A stretch of 64,000 bases of DNA, from positions 6,004 to 70,003 of the forward strand of contig CALGGB010000065.1 of NCBI GenBank assembly GCA_937880925.1, written 5' to 3'. Under the pieces are notes generated by a model. The model was not told the DNA's origin and made no database searches. It worked only from the letters and a program-made list of their open reading frames with translations. This document shows, piece by piece, positions 18,527 to 27,454 of this stretch (the first letter of the stretch is position 1; each line of letters opens with the position of its first letter). Both the position numbers and the translations under genes were made by a program. This DNA comes from an uncultured Rhodospirillaceae bacterium (GTDB lineage Bacteria; Pseudomonadota; Alphaproteobacteria; SP197).

Positions 18527-18611
18527 CAGGGCCGCGAGCATACGCAGGCGACGCGCCCCGGCAAGCGTGCTCGTCTTGAATGGCGCCCCGCTTCGACGCA
18601 CGATCCCGACC

Positions 18612-19676
18612 GTGGACAGCGCAAACGCCTTGGAACTCCAGTACCTGGCCGGCGCCGACGGCCGTTCGGCCCCGGTGGGCGATGTCACGTTCACCGTCCC
18701 GGCAGGCAGCAGCCTTGCGGTGCTGGGCCCGCCGCAATCGGGCAAGACCTCGCTGCTGCGCCTGATCGCCGGTTTCGGCAGCACGGTCGGCGGCCGCGTG
18801 CTGTTCAACGGCCACGACCTTGCCCGCGTGTCGCCGCACAAAAGACCTTTCAGTTTCCTGGGCAGCCAGGATGCCCTGTTCCCGCACATGAACGTGGCCG
18901 GCAATGTCGCCTATGGCCTCAAAGCCCAGGGTCTGGGGCGCAGCGAATCGCAGCGCCGCGTCGCCGATGCCCTGGACCTGGTCGGCGCCGCACATCTGGA
19001 GAGCGCTGCGCCCGAGGCGCTGACCCGTGCCGAGCGCCAGAAGGTGGCGCTCGCCCGCTCACTCGCCATCGAACCACTGGTCCTGCTCCTCGACGAGGCG
19101 CTGACCGCGCTGGATCCCCTGGAGGCCGCACGGGTGATGACGATCCTGTCGCGCCTGCAGCGCAAGGTGGCGCTGACCCTGATCTTCAGCACCACCGACG
19201 GCATGGCCGCCATGGCGCAGGCCGATGCCATCGCGGTGCTGTCGGCCGGCCGGATGATTCAATGGGGCGAGCCCGGTGAACTCTATGACCGACCGGACCA
19301 TGCGGTGACCGCGCGCCTGACCGGGCCGGTCAATCTGCTGGCAGGACGGGCGAGCCGCCATGGCATCGAGATCGCGGGCCTGGGCGACATCACCGCCCAC
19401 GGCAACGTCGCCCAGGGCAACATGGCCGCACTGGCCCTGCGCCCGGACCGCATCGACCTGCATCTCAAGGCGCCCGAGGGCTTTGCCTTCGAGGGCGAGA
19501 TCGAACGCGTGGCCTTTTCAAACCTGGGGCTGACCGCCCATATCCAGCTTGCGGGGCCGGGCGAGCGGATCGCCGCTCGGGTCGATACCCGGCGGCTGCA
19601 AAGCGACGACTTGCCCGAAGGGCGCCGAGTGTGGTGTACCTTTGCGCCAGACGACGCCCGCCTCGTGCGGGTATGA
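18612..19676 (+). CDS. PotA/MalK-like ABC ATP-binding protein with degenerate motifs and TOBE domain
   Basis: GPPQSGKTS, ALFPHMNVAGNVAYGL, LLLDEALTALD, LRPDRI. GTG start chosen to avoid overlap with meaB. Confidence 0.8.
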   Translation: MDSANALELQYLAGADGRSAPVGDVTFTVPAGSSLAVLGPPQSGKTSLLRLIAGFGSTVGGRVLFNGHDLARVSPHKRPFSFLGSQDALFPHMNVAGNVAYGLKAQGLGRSESQRRVADALDLVGAAHLESAAPEALTRAERQKVALARSLAIEPLVLLLDEALTALDPLEAARVMTILSRLQRKVALTLIFSTTDGMAAMAQADAIAVLSAGRMIQWGEPGELYDRPDHAVTARLTGPVNLLAGRASRHGIEIAGLGDITAHGNVAQGNMAALALRPDRIDLHLKAPEGFAFEGEIERVAFSNLGLTAHIQLAGPGERIAARVDTRRLQSDDLPEGRRVWCTFAPDDARLVRV

Positions 19677-19740
19677 AGCATCAAGAGCAAGAAGCAGCTT
19701 CGAACCAGGGATTTCACGGACCATTGCGGGGCACTTACCC

Positions 19741-21030
19741 ATGAGCGACGGCAAGACGATCGTGTTCTTTCCAGAGGCGGCCTTCGGGCCGGCTCTCAAT
19801 TCCGTGGGCATTGCCCAAGTCTGCCGCGAGATGGGCCATAACCCCGTCTTCGTCGCCGACCAGGGCTTTGCGGGCGTGTTCGCCAAGTACGGCTTCGAGG
19901 AGAAGCTGGTCGCCATGAGCGAGCCCATGGAGCCCGAGGCCATGGCGCGCTACTGGGTCGACTTCATCAACGGCCAGATTCCCAATTTCCGCACGCCGCC
20001 CATCGAGCAGGTTTCGACCTACATCAAGGCCTGCTGGGGAGCGATCATCGAAACCGCCTTCTGGGCGCAGAAGGACCTGCCCCGCGTGCTCGACGAGATC
20101 AAGCCCGACCTGATCTGCGTCGACAACGTGGTGCTCTATCCCGCGACCAAGCAATACGGCGTGCCATGGGTGCGCATCATCTCGTGCAGCGAGAACGAGA
20201 TCGAGGATCCGGACATCCCGCCCCATCTCTCCGGCTGCCGCGAGGACGACAAGGCCTGTTTCGAGGCCTATCGCACGCGCTTCGAGGAGGAAATCGCGCC
20301 CATCCACGCGAAGTTCAACGACTTCCTCAAGGAGTGCGGCGAGGATCCCTATCCCCTCGGCCAGTTCTTCGAGGCCTCGCCGTACCTCAACCTGCTGCAC
20401 TACCCCAAGCCTCTGGCCTTCAACCGGCGTCATCCGCTGGACCCCGAGAAGTTCGTCTACACCGAGGGCTGCATCCGCACGGAAGAGCCCTACGAAATTC
20501 CCGAGTTCGGTATCCACGAAGACAAGCCGCTGCTCTATGTCAGTTTCGGCAGCCTGGGTTCGGGCGATACCGACCTGATGGCCCGTCTGATCAAGACCCT
20601 GGGCAAGCTGCCCTATCGGGTGCTGGTCAACGTCGGCGACTATGGCGATGCCTATGAGGCGATCCCGAAGAACTGCCATGTCGAGAGCTGGTACCCTCAG
20701 CCCTCGGTGATCAAGCAGGTCGATGCGGTGATCCATCACGGCGGCAACAACAGCTTCAACGAGTGCCTCTATTTCGGCAAACCCGCGCTGATCATGCCCT
20801 ATTGCTGGGACGGCCACGACAACGCCACCCATATCGACGAGCGCGGCTACGGCCTCAAGCTGGACCGCTACATCTGGAGCGACGCCGACATGGCCGGGGC
20901 GATCGAGCGCATGCTGACCGACAAGGACATGGCCGAACGCCTGGAGGCGCTGGCCAAGCACATGCAGGCCCAGGATGGCCGGCGTACCGGCGCCAAGGCG
21001 CTCGACGATCTTCTCAAACGGAGCACGTGA
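19741..21030 (+). CDS. GT1 (UDP-glycosyltransferase/MGT-like) glycosyltransferase
   Basis: YVSFGSLG and the PSPG-like box WYPQPSVIKQVDAVIHHGGNNSFNECLYFGKPALIMPYCWDG. Confidence 0.9.
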   Translation: MSDGKTIVFFPEAAFGPALNSVGIAQVCREMGHNPVFVADQGFAGVFAKYGFEEKLVAMSEPMEPEAMARYWVDFINGQIPNFRTPPIEQVSTYIKACWGAIIETAFWAQKDLPRVLDEIKPDLICVDNVVLYPATKQYGVPWVRIISCSENEIEDPDIPPHLSGCREDDKACFEAYRTRFEEEIAPIHAKFNDFLKECGEDPYPLGQFFEASPYLNLLHYPKPLAFNRRHPLDPEKFVYTEGCIRTEEPYEIPEFGIHEDKPLLYVSFGSLGSGDTDLMARLIKTLGKLPYRVLVNVGDYGDAYEAIPKNCHVESWYPQPSVIKQVDAVIHHGGNNSFNECLYFGKPALIMPYCWDGHDNATHIDERGYGLKLDRYIWSDADMAGAIERMLTDKDMAERLEALAKHMQAQDGRRTGAKALDDLLKRST

Positions 21031-21392
21031 TGACCCAGCCCAAGGTTCCCCTGTTCAAGCAGGCAGCCGCGATCACCCCTGAGGAACTGACCGACTGGGG
21101 CCCGGTGGGTGAACCGATCGGTGCGCCGGTTTCCCAGACCTCCGGCAAGCTGCTGGTCGGCGGGCGCGGCGAGTTCCCCGAGGCCGGTTACTGGCGCTGC
21201 ACGGAAGGTTCCTGGCGCTGCGTGGTGGAGCGCGACGAGTTCTGCCACTTCCTGCACGGCGCCTGCACCTACACCGCCGACAGCGGCGAGACGATCGAGA
21301 TCAAAGGCGGCGACACCGCCTGGTTTCCGGCCGGCTGGTCGGGCCGCTGCGAGGTGCGCGAGGCGGTTGCCAAGGTCTTCCTGATCAGCTGA
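21030..21392 (+). CDS. cupin domain protein (DUF861/EutQ-like)
   Basis: GYWRCTEGSW...DEFCHFLHG...GDTAWFPAGWSG; TGATG overlap with the glycosyltransferase. Confidence 0.9.
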   Translation: MTQPKVPLFKQAAAITPEELTDWGPVGEPIGAPVSQTSGKLLVGGRGEFPEAGYWRCTEGSWRCVVERDEFCHFLHGACTYTADSGETIEIKGGDTAWFPAGWSGRCEVREAVAKVFLIS

Positions 21393-21396
21393 GCCT

Positions 21397-21777
21397 TCAG
21401 GGCGTCCCGGCCTCGGCATCGACATCCGGCGATAGCGGCCCGGCAGGCAGGGGCAGGCCGAGCGCAGCAGTCGTGCCCAGAACGGTCTGGTAGATCAGGC
21501 CGCCTCCTGGCCGGTCCATCTCCCCGGCCTCGTAGATGAAGGCAAAGGTCTCCTCTGCCTGCTCGGGCGTGACCACGACCGACAGCGTATCGACCTCGAT
21601 CATGTCACGGGCCGCGACGGTGGCCAGCATCCCGGCGCCGCGGCCATGGCTGTAGTGGAACGCGTCGATGCCCAGCGAGGCGTGCAACGCCTCGGCAATG
21701 TCGTGGGCGTGTCCGCGGCGCAGGTAGGCGACGATCAACCGCGGAGCGGCGCCATCGACTTCGGCTTCGCTGCTCAC
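21397..21777 (-). CDS. divergent PII-like protein 2
   Basis: HGRGAG, VVVTPEQAEETFAFIYEAGEMDRPGGGLIY; GTGA overlap with the upstream PII gene. Confidence 0.75.
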   Translation of the reverse strand: MSSEAEVDGAAPRLIVAYLRRGHAHDIAEALHASLGIDAFHYSHGRGAGMLATVAARDMIEVDTLSVVVTPEQAEETFAFIYEAGEMDRPGGGLIYQTVLGTTAALGLPLPAGPLSPDVDAEAGTP

Positions 21778-22157
21778 CGGAAGAACCTGCCGCGGCCCTG
21801 GCGCTCGCCGACACGCTCCAGAACATCGTGGGGGATGTAGGTCGCCGCCTTCTCCAGCGGCGTGACATACATGATGCCCATGCCCGGCGTGTCCAGGTTG
21901 CCCGCCAGGTACATGGCGTTGAAGACGCGGTCGACCTGTTCGCTGGAGACGACGATGTTGACGATCTCCTTCTCGACCTCGACCGCAACGCCCAGAATGC
22001 CCAGGCGCTCACGCACGCCAGAACCCCGGCCGAAATGCACCGTGGCCCCCTGGGCGCCGGCACTCTGGGCGGCCGCGACGATGGCGTCGGCATTGCCGCG
22101 CTGCACGATACAGGTGATCAGCGCGACATCGGTCAACACGACGATCTCGCGGCTCAT
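21774..22157 (-). CDS. PII-family protein 1
   Basis: LITCIVQRG, AAQSAGAQGATVHFGRGSG, EKEIVNIVV, TPGMGIMYVTPLE; ATGA overlap with the DUF1538 gene. Confidence 0.85.
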   Translation of the reverse strand: MSREIVVLTDVALITCIVQRGNADAIVAAAQSAGAQGATVHFGRGSGVRERLGILGVAVEVEKEIVNIVVSSEQVDRVFNAMYLAGNLDTPGMGIMYVTPLEKAATYIPHDVLERVGERQGRGRFFR

Positions 22158-23941
22158 GCCGAAACCTCCAGGGCATTGGCAGACCGCGCCCTGCGCGCGG
22201 CCACAAGATGCAGGATCAGACCATAACCCAGAACCGCCAGGATCGGGCAGATCGAGGCCATCGAAAGGATGCCGAAGCCTTCGACCACTTCCATCGCATT
22301 GCCGAAACCCAGCCCCATGGCCAGCACCAGGGGCACGGTCACCGGGCCGGTCGTCACCCCGGCGCAATCCCAGGCAATGTTGACGAACTCCTCCGAGGAG
22401 ACCGCCGTCAGCACCAGGCCGGCGATGTAAAGCGGCACCAGAAGCCAGCCCAGCGGCAGATCAAAGGTGATCTTGGCCACCCCCAGCGCCAGGCCGAAGG
22501 CGACGCCGACGGCGACCACGATCATCAGCGCGCGCTTGCGGAAGGCGCCGTTGGTCAGGCTCTCCACCGTCATGCCCAGGGCGTTGAGCGCGGGCTCGGC
22601 CAGCGTCGCACCGAAACCCAGGAACCAAGCAAAGACCAGGGCAAGGGATACGCCCAGCACATAGGGGTAAAGCGGCGAGCCCACGATCGCCTCGATCGCG
22701 GTGAAGGCACCGGGCACGATACCGCCCGAAAGCGCCCCCAGGCGCGACAGGCCGAAGGTGAGCCCGATGTTGAAGATGATCATGCCGAGAAGGGCAAGAC
22801 CAATGCCGTAGGCCGTGATTCCGGCCCGGGGCATGCGTTCGCGCAACAGAACGCGCATGACCAGCCACAGGAAGGCGACCAGCGGCAGAATTGCCCGCAG
22901 GCCGGCCAGGGTCTCGGCCGCGGGCGTAAGCGAGAGCGGGCCCGGCTCGGCCGAAAGGGCCACCTCGCGGGCCGCAGCTGCGATCTCGCCCGGCGTTGTG
23001 GTGGCGGCCAGCACCAGCGCCAGGAGCAGCACGCCCAGCACCGGAAGGAGCGAGGCCAGCGTGACGATCCCAAAGCCAGAGAGCGAGGACTGGCTCTTGC
23101 CTGCCGCAGCCGACATGCCGATACCCAGGGCCAGGACCAGGGGCACCGTAATCGGCCCCGTGGTCACTGCCCCGCAGTCCCAGGCAAGGCCCAGCACGCT
23201 GGAGAGATCCGCATCACTCATGAAGTAGAGCGTCAGCAACAGCGTCGGGGCCACCGCCACGTAGATGAAGGGCTTCAGGCTCCAGCCGTAGAGGAAGCGC
23301 ACGGTACCCAGGACTGCCGCAATGCCCACGCCCGCACCCACGACCAGCACCAGGGCATCGCTCCAGCCGTTGAGCAGGGTGTGAAGATAGGGCGCGCGGC
23401 TGACATCGACGATGGAGCCCGCAGCCTGCAGTGCGCCGATCGCCGGCTCGGCGAAGGTCGCCCCGATCCCCAGGATGAAGGCGACGATCAGCACCACAGG
23501 CAGGCGCTGGCGCTGGGGCAGCCGGTTCCCGATCGCTTCCGCGAAGGGCATCAGGCCCAGGTTGAGGCCTTCCATGAACAGCATCAGGCCCAGGATCACC
23601 GCCAGCAGGCCCGACATGATGGCAACCTCGTCGCTGAGCGGCTGGCGCAGGACGATGAGCTGGAAGAGGACAAAGTAGATCGCGAGCGGCACGACGGCGC
23701 GCGCCTGGGCCCAGAAGCGCACGCTGATGTAGGGGCTGAGCAGACGGTAAACGTCGATGCCGCGCAGATTGACGCGCCCCGGTCGATAGGGTTCGGGCTC
23801 GCCCCGGCCATCGGTGGCGCGCGAACGGGTCAGTTCGTCGAAGCTGATGCGCCGCTGGCGCACGGTGGCTTCGCGCTGGAAATCTCCGAATCTCAACTGC
23901 ACCACGCCGAGAATCCCCCGCGCCCGGCCAGAATGGCCCAC
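22154..23941 (-). CDS. DUF1538 double-domain polytopic membrane protein
   Basis: Two internal copies of GATxAEPA(I/L) and AWDCxxVTTGP(I/V)TVPLVLAxG. The true start may be GTG at 23902 or 23905. Confidence 0.88.
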   Translation of the reverse strand: MGHSGRARGILGVVQLRFGDFQREATVRQRRISFDELTRSRATDGRGEPEPYRPGRVNLRGIDVYRLLSPYISVRFWAQARAVVPLAIYFVLFQLIVLRQPLSDEVAIMSGLLAVILGLMLFMEGLNLGLMPFAEAIGNRLPQRQRLPVVLIVAFILGIGATFAEPAIGALQAAGSIVDVSRAPYLHTLLNGWSDALVLVVGAGVGIAAVLGTVRFLYGWSLKPFIYVAVAPTLLLTLYFMSDADLSSVLGLAWDCGAVTTGPITVPLVLALGIGMSAAAGKSQSSLSGFGIVTLASLLPVLGVLLLALVLAATTTPGEIAAAAREVALSAEPGPLSLTPAAETLAGLRAILPLVAFLWLVMRVLLRERMPRAGITAYGIGLALLGMIIFNIGLTFGLSRLGALSGGIVPGAFTAIEAIVGSPLYPYVLGVSLALVFAWFLGFGATLAEPALNALGMTVESLTNGAFRKRALMIVVAVGVAFGLALGVAKITFDLPLGWLLVPLYIAGLVLTAVSSEEFVNIAWDCAGVTTGPVTVPLVLAMGLGFGNAMEVVEGFGILSMASICPILAVLGYGLILHLVAARRARSANALEVSA

Positions 23942-24064
23942 GAACTACACTGGCGTCTTTTACGATACTTGGGCCATACGCGCGATAGACCGCCATCCGG
24001 CCCACCGTGAGGCGGGAAAGGTGTGAAATGGATTACGGCGGACATGGGCGGACTGGGGCAGGCT

Positions 24065-24220
24065 CAAAAACAAGACCCTGCGCCACCGATCTTCAAAGGG
24101 TAGGACTTTCGCCCTGGGGGGTCCCAACGAAGACCGGCGAACGCAGGGCCGACCGCGTCTGTTAGGAAGCGGTCAACCACCCCGTTATGGCCGGACGATG
24201 CCGGCCGCACGGTGGGTCTG
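24065..24220 (-). ncRNA. candidate structured sRNA or 5' leader (three hairpins plus U tract)
   Basis: CTATAT -10 element at 24227-24232 (minus strand), hairpins at ~24176-24217, 24151-24174 and 24074-24150, then UUGUUUUU. The long stem closes with G-U pairs only on the minus strand. Confidence 0.6.
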
Positions 24221-24383
24221 GTGTGTATATAGGCCCATGACCTGACAGCCCCAGTGACAGAGGTCACTTGGGCGAGGCCATTCGGGGGTCCACGTAATGG
24301 CCATCACAGCCAGGGGCGCCATGGCTTCTGCCCATGGCGCGATGCCGCTATGGTGGGCGCCGGACGCGTATCGGAGCCCTGCC

Positions 24384-26510
24384 ATGAAACGTCTGCTTGC
24401 CGCCGCAGCATTTGCGGCCTGCCTTGGTGTGGCCGCGCAGGCATCGGCCGACATGGCCGAAGCCGATGCTCTCTATGACAACGGTCGATACGAAGAGGCC
24501 TTTGCCGCCTATGCCGAGCTTGCCAAGGAGCAGGACGGCGCGGCGATGCTGCGCATGGCGGAAATGTTCGAAGCCGGCGAAGGTGTGGCCGCCAGCAATA
24601 CCCGGGCACTGACCTGGTACCGCCGTGCCGCCGCCCACGACATCGCCGAGGCGCATTTCCGCATCGGTGAGATGTATGAGACCGGCATCGCCGCACCCCG
24701 CGACTACGGTGCAGCCGTGCGCTCCTACCAGGCTGCCGCGGACCTGGGCCATACCCAGGCGCTGATCCGACTGGCCAACCTCTATGTCGACGGTTCGGGC
24801 GCCATGCCGGATGCCAGCCAGGCCGCGCGCCTGCTCAAGCAGGCCGCCGACAGCGGCGATGCCGAGGCGATCGCGACGCTCGACCGCCTGGTCGCCAGCG
24901 GCATCGTGCCGCGCAACGTGCTTGACGAACTGGGCATCCCGCTGCCGCCGCCGGCCACGCTGCCCACGGTCGAGGAACTGGCGGCACAGGGCATCGCGAC
25001 CCAGAACGACGGCGGCTCGATCACCGCTCTGGCGGAGGCCGCCGAGATCGAGGAGTCGGGGGCCGCGGCACAGGTGCGGTCCGCGCTGACGGTCGCGATG
25101 GCCGGCCATGACAGCGAGGAGTCGACCCTCGACTACGGCATCGACATCGTCGAGAACGACGACGGCTCCATGATCGCCACGTTGCGCAGTGTCCGCCTGC
25201 TGTCCGAGGAGGGCACCTGGGAGATCGGTGACATCGTCTATGCTCTCAGCCCCGCGGGCGAGGCGACCTATGACACGGTGGTGACCTTGCCGCAGGTGAC
25301 CTCGATCTTCGACAACTCCGGCACGTCCGCAGGCGGCTCGACCATCGGCTCACAGGATATCAGGGGCACCTGGAACGTTGCGCTGAACCTGTGGAGCCAG
25401 GGCACGATCGACATGCGCGACGTGGAGCTGCGCATTGCGGCGCCCGGCCAGGAAGCCTTCACCATGACGATTGCCGCCATCACCGGCGACACCCGCCTGG
25501 AGGCCACGGCGCCCGGCAAGTGGGGTGGCGTGGCGCGCATGGCGCTCGAATCGATCGGGCTTGCCGGCAGCGACGGTGAAAACGCCGGTGTCGAACGGAT
25601 CAATATCGTCGTGGACCAGCGCGCGGTCGACTATGTGTTCTTCCAGGCCATGGGGATGGCGCGGGCGCAGTTCGAACAGCGTTTCGGCGCCAATCCGGAC
25701 CTGCAGGATCCCAGCGTTCAGCAGGCCATGTCGGAGATCACCGGGCCGGTGTTCGCGCTGGCGCGGGAACGCGCGCCCCTGATCGGCGACATCGGCATGG
25801 CGTTCACGATCAACGGCATTTCGGGCACGGATCCCGAGACGGGTGCGCCGATCACCATCGCACGGCTGCATTTCGGCATCTCGGCAGAGGACCTCGACCA
25901 CCCGACCGGCACCGTGAAGCTGGCTTATGAACACAGCGGCCTTGCCGTGCCCATCGACGGGATCATGCAGGACTACGTGCCCGGCGAGATGGCCTTCATC
26001 ATCGCCCTGCGCGACCTGCCGGTCGAGGATGCCGCGACCATGGCGCTGGAAATGTTCGAAGAAGGCATGACCAATCCGGCCGATTTCCAGGACAACGCCA
26101 TGATGGCGCTGACCTTCCTGGGTCTGGGCCTGCAGCAGAGCATGGCGGAATCGGGCAGCGCGCTGGAGATCGAGCGCATCGCCTATATCAGCCAGGGGCT
26201 GAAGGCCCACATCACCGGCACGCTGGTCGCCAGCGCCGCCTCGCCGCTGGGTGCGGTCGGCACGGTGACCATGGAGATCGAGGGCCTGGACGAAGCGGCC
26301 GCACAGCTTGCCGCACAGACCGATGACCCCGACGCCCAGGAGGCCGCCATGCCGCTGGCCATGCTGCAGGCCATGGGCGAGCGCGTCGAGGACGGCGGCG
26401 TGGTGCGCCACATCTACGTCGTGGAACTCACCGCCGACGGCCGCACCCTGCTCAACGGCAACGACATGGGCCCGATGATCGACGGCATGATGGGGAGCGA
26501 CGGCACCTGA
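24384..26510 (+). CDS. exported Sel1-repeat protein with large C-terminal beta-rich domain
   Basis: Signal peptide MKRLLAAAAFAACLGVAAQASA; several Sel1 repeats; C-terminal G..LLNG.D ending resembling DUF945/DUF2125-type proteins. Confidence 0.8.
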   Translation: MKRLLAAAAFAACLGVAAQASADMAEADALYDNGRYEEAFAAYAELAKEQDGAAMLRMAEMFEAGEGVAASNTRALTWYRRAAAHDIAEAHFRIGEMYETGIAAPRDYGAAVRSYQAAADLGHTQALIRLANLYVDGSGAMPDASQAARLLKQAADSGDAEAIATLDRLVASGIVPRNVLDELGIPLPPPATLPTVEELAAQGIATQNDGGSITALAEAAEIEESGAAAQVRSALTVAMAGHDSEESTLDYGIDIVENDDGSMIATLRSVRLLSEEGTWEIGDIVYALSPAGEATYDTVVTLPQVTSIFDNSGTSAGGSTIGSQDIRGTWNVALNLWSQGTIDMRDVELRIAAPGQEAFTMTIAAITGDTRLEATAPGKWGGVARMALESIGLAGSDGENAGVERINIVVDQRAVDYVFFQAMGMARAQFEQRFGANPDLQDPSVQQAMSEITGPVFALARERAPLIGDIGMAFTINGISGTDPETGAPITIARLHFGISAEDLDHPTGTVKLAYEHSGLAVPIDGIMQDYVPGEMAFIIALRDLPVEDAATMALEMFEEGMTNPADFQDNAMMALTFLGLGLQQSMAESGSALEIERIAYISQGLKAHITGTLVASAASPLGAVGTVTMEIEGLDEAAAQLAAQTDDPDAQEAAMPLAMLQAMGERVEDGGVVRHIYVVELTADGRTLLNGNDMGPMIDGMMGSDGT

Positions 26511-26523
26511 CGGCAGGAAGGCC

Positions 26524-27396
26524 TCAACCGCCGCGCGCGAGCTGCGCCTCGCGGCGGAAGACGTAGATGCCCGCGCCGGCGATCACAGCCGCGCCGACAA
26601 AGGTCCAGATATCGGGCCAGTCGCCGAAGGCGATCCAGCCCGCGATCACCGCCAGGACGATCTCGGCATAGGTAAAGGGCGCCAGGGTGCCGATGGGGGC
26701 ATAACGAAACGCCAGGATCAGGCAGATGTGGCCCAGCGAGGCCAGGCCGCCGATCGTCACCAGCATGGCCCAGTCAAGCGCGCCGGGCGGCTGCCAGATG
26801 CCGGGCACCGCCACCACCACGATACAGGACACCACGGCGCCGAAGACATTGGTCCACACCAGGCTGGTATCGGCGCTGTCGCTGCGCACCACCAGCCGCG
26901 TCGCGACATTGTAGCCCGCCATCATGACCGCCGCGGCCAGAGGCAGGAAATAGGCCCAGTGACGGTCCTCGAAGCCCGGCCGCAGAACAATCAGCATGCC
27001 GATGAAACCGATGGCGATGGCGCTCCAGCGGCGCAGGCCCACCTTTTCGCCCAGCACGGGAATCGACAGCGCCGTGCCGATCAGCGGCGCGATGAAGCCG
27101 ATGGCGATGGCGTCGGCCAGCGGCATGAAGGTGATCGCCGTGAAGAACACCGCCGTGGTCGAGACCAGCAGCACCGAGCGCAAAAGCTGCAGCCAGGGCC
27201 GCTTGGTGCGCAGGGAAACCCGCAGACGCCGCGGTGGCACCATGAGCGGCAGCAGCAGCACCGAAAAGAAGTAACGCCCCCAAACGACCTGCAGCGGATC
27301 GAGCACGCCACCCATGAACTTCGCCACGGTATCCAGGCTGACGAAGCAGAGGATCGCGAGCAGGACAAAGAGGATGCCGCGCGGAATGTTGTCCAA
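26524..27396 (-). CDS. DMT (EamA) family transporter, copy 2
   Basis: TTG start LDNIPRGI; LGEKVGLRRWSAIAIGFIG; LAPFTY; FGDWPD. Confidence 0.92.
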   Translation of the reverse strand: MDNIPRGILFVLLAILCFVSLDTVAKFMGGVLDPLQVVWGRYFFSVLLLPLMVPPRRLRVSLRTKRPWLQLLRSVLLVSTTAVFFTAITFMPLADAIAIGFIAPLIGTALSIPVLGEKVGLRRWSAIAIGFIGMLIVLRPGFEDRHWAYFLPLAAAVMMAGYNVATRLVVRSDSADTSLVWTNVFGAVVSCIVVVAVPGIWQPPGALDWAMLVTIGGLASLGHICLILAFRYAPIGTLAPFTYAEIVLAVIAGWIAFGDWPDIWTFVGAAVIAGAGIYVFRREAQLARGG

Positions 27397-27454
27397 GGCC
27401 GGATCCGGTTCGATATGGAGGAATGCGTCGCGTCGTTGCGGGCGGGGGGTTCTA

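Noticed and set aside
24065-24220. Identity as SRP RNA, 6S RNA or tmRNA
   Set aside because: No CAGG-GNRA-AGCA SRP motif, no single-rod 6S shape or zapA/ygfA context, and no tRNA-like CCA end.
24064-24267. 67-aa minus-strand ORF over the candidate RNA
   Set aside because: Starts upstream of the predicted -10, has no clear RBS or family, and the pairing pattern is better explained by RNA structure.
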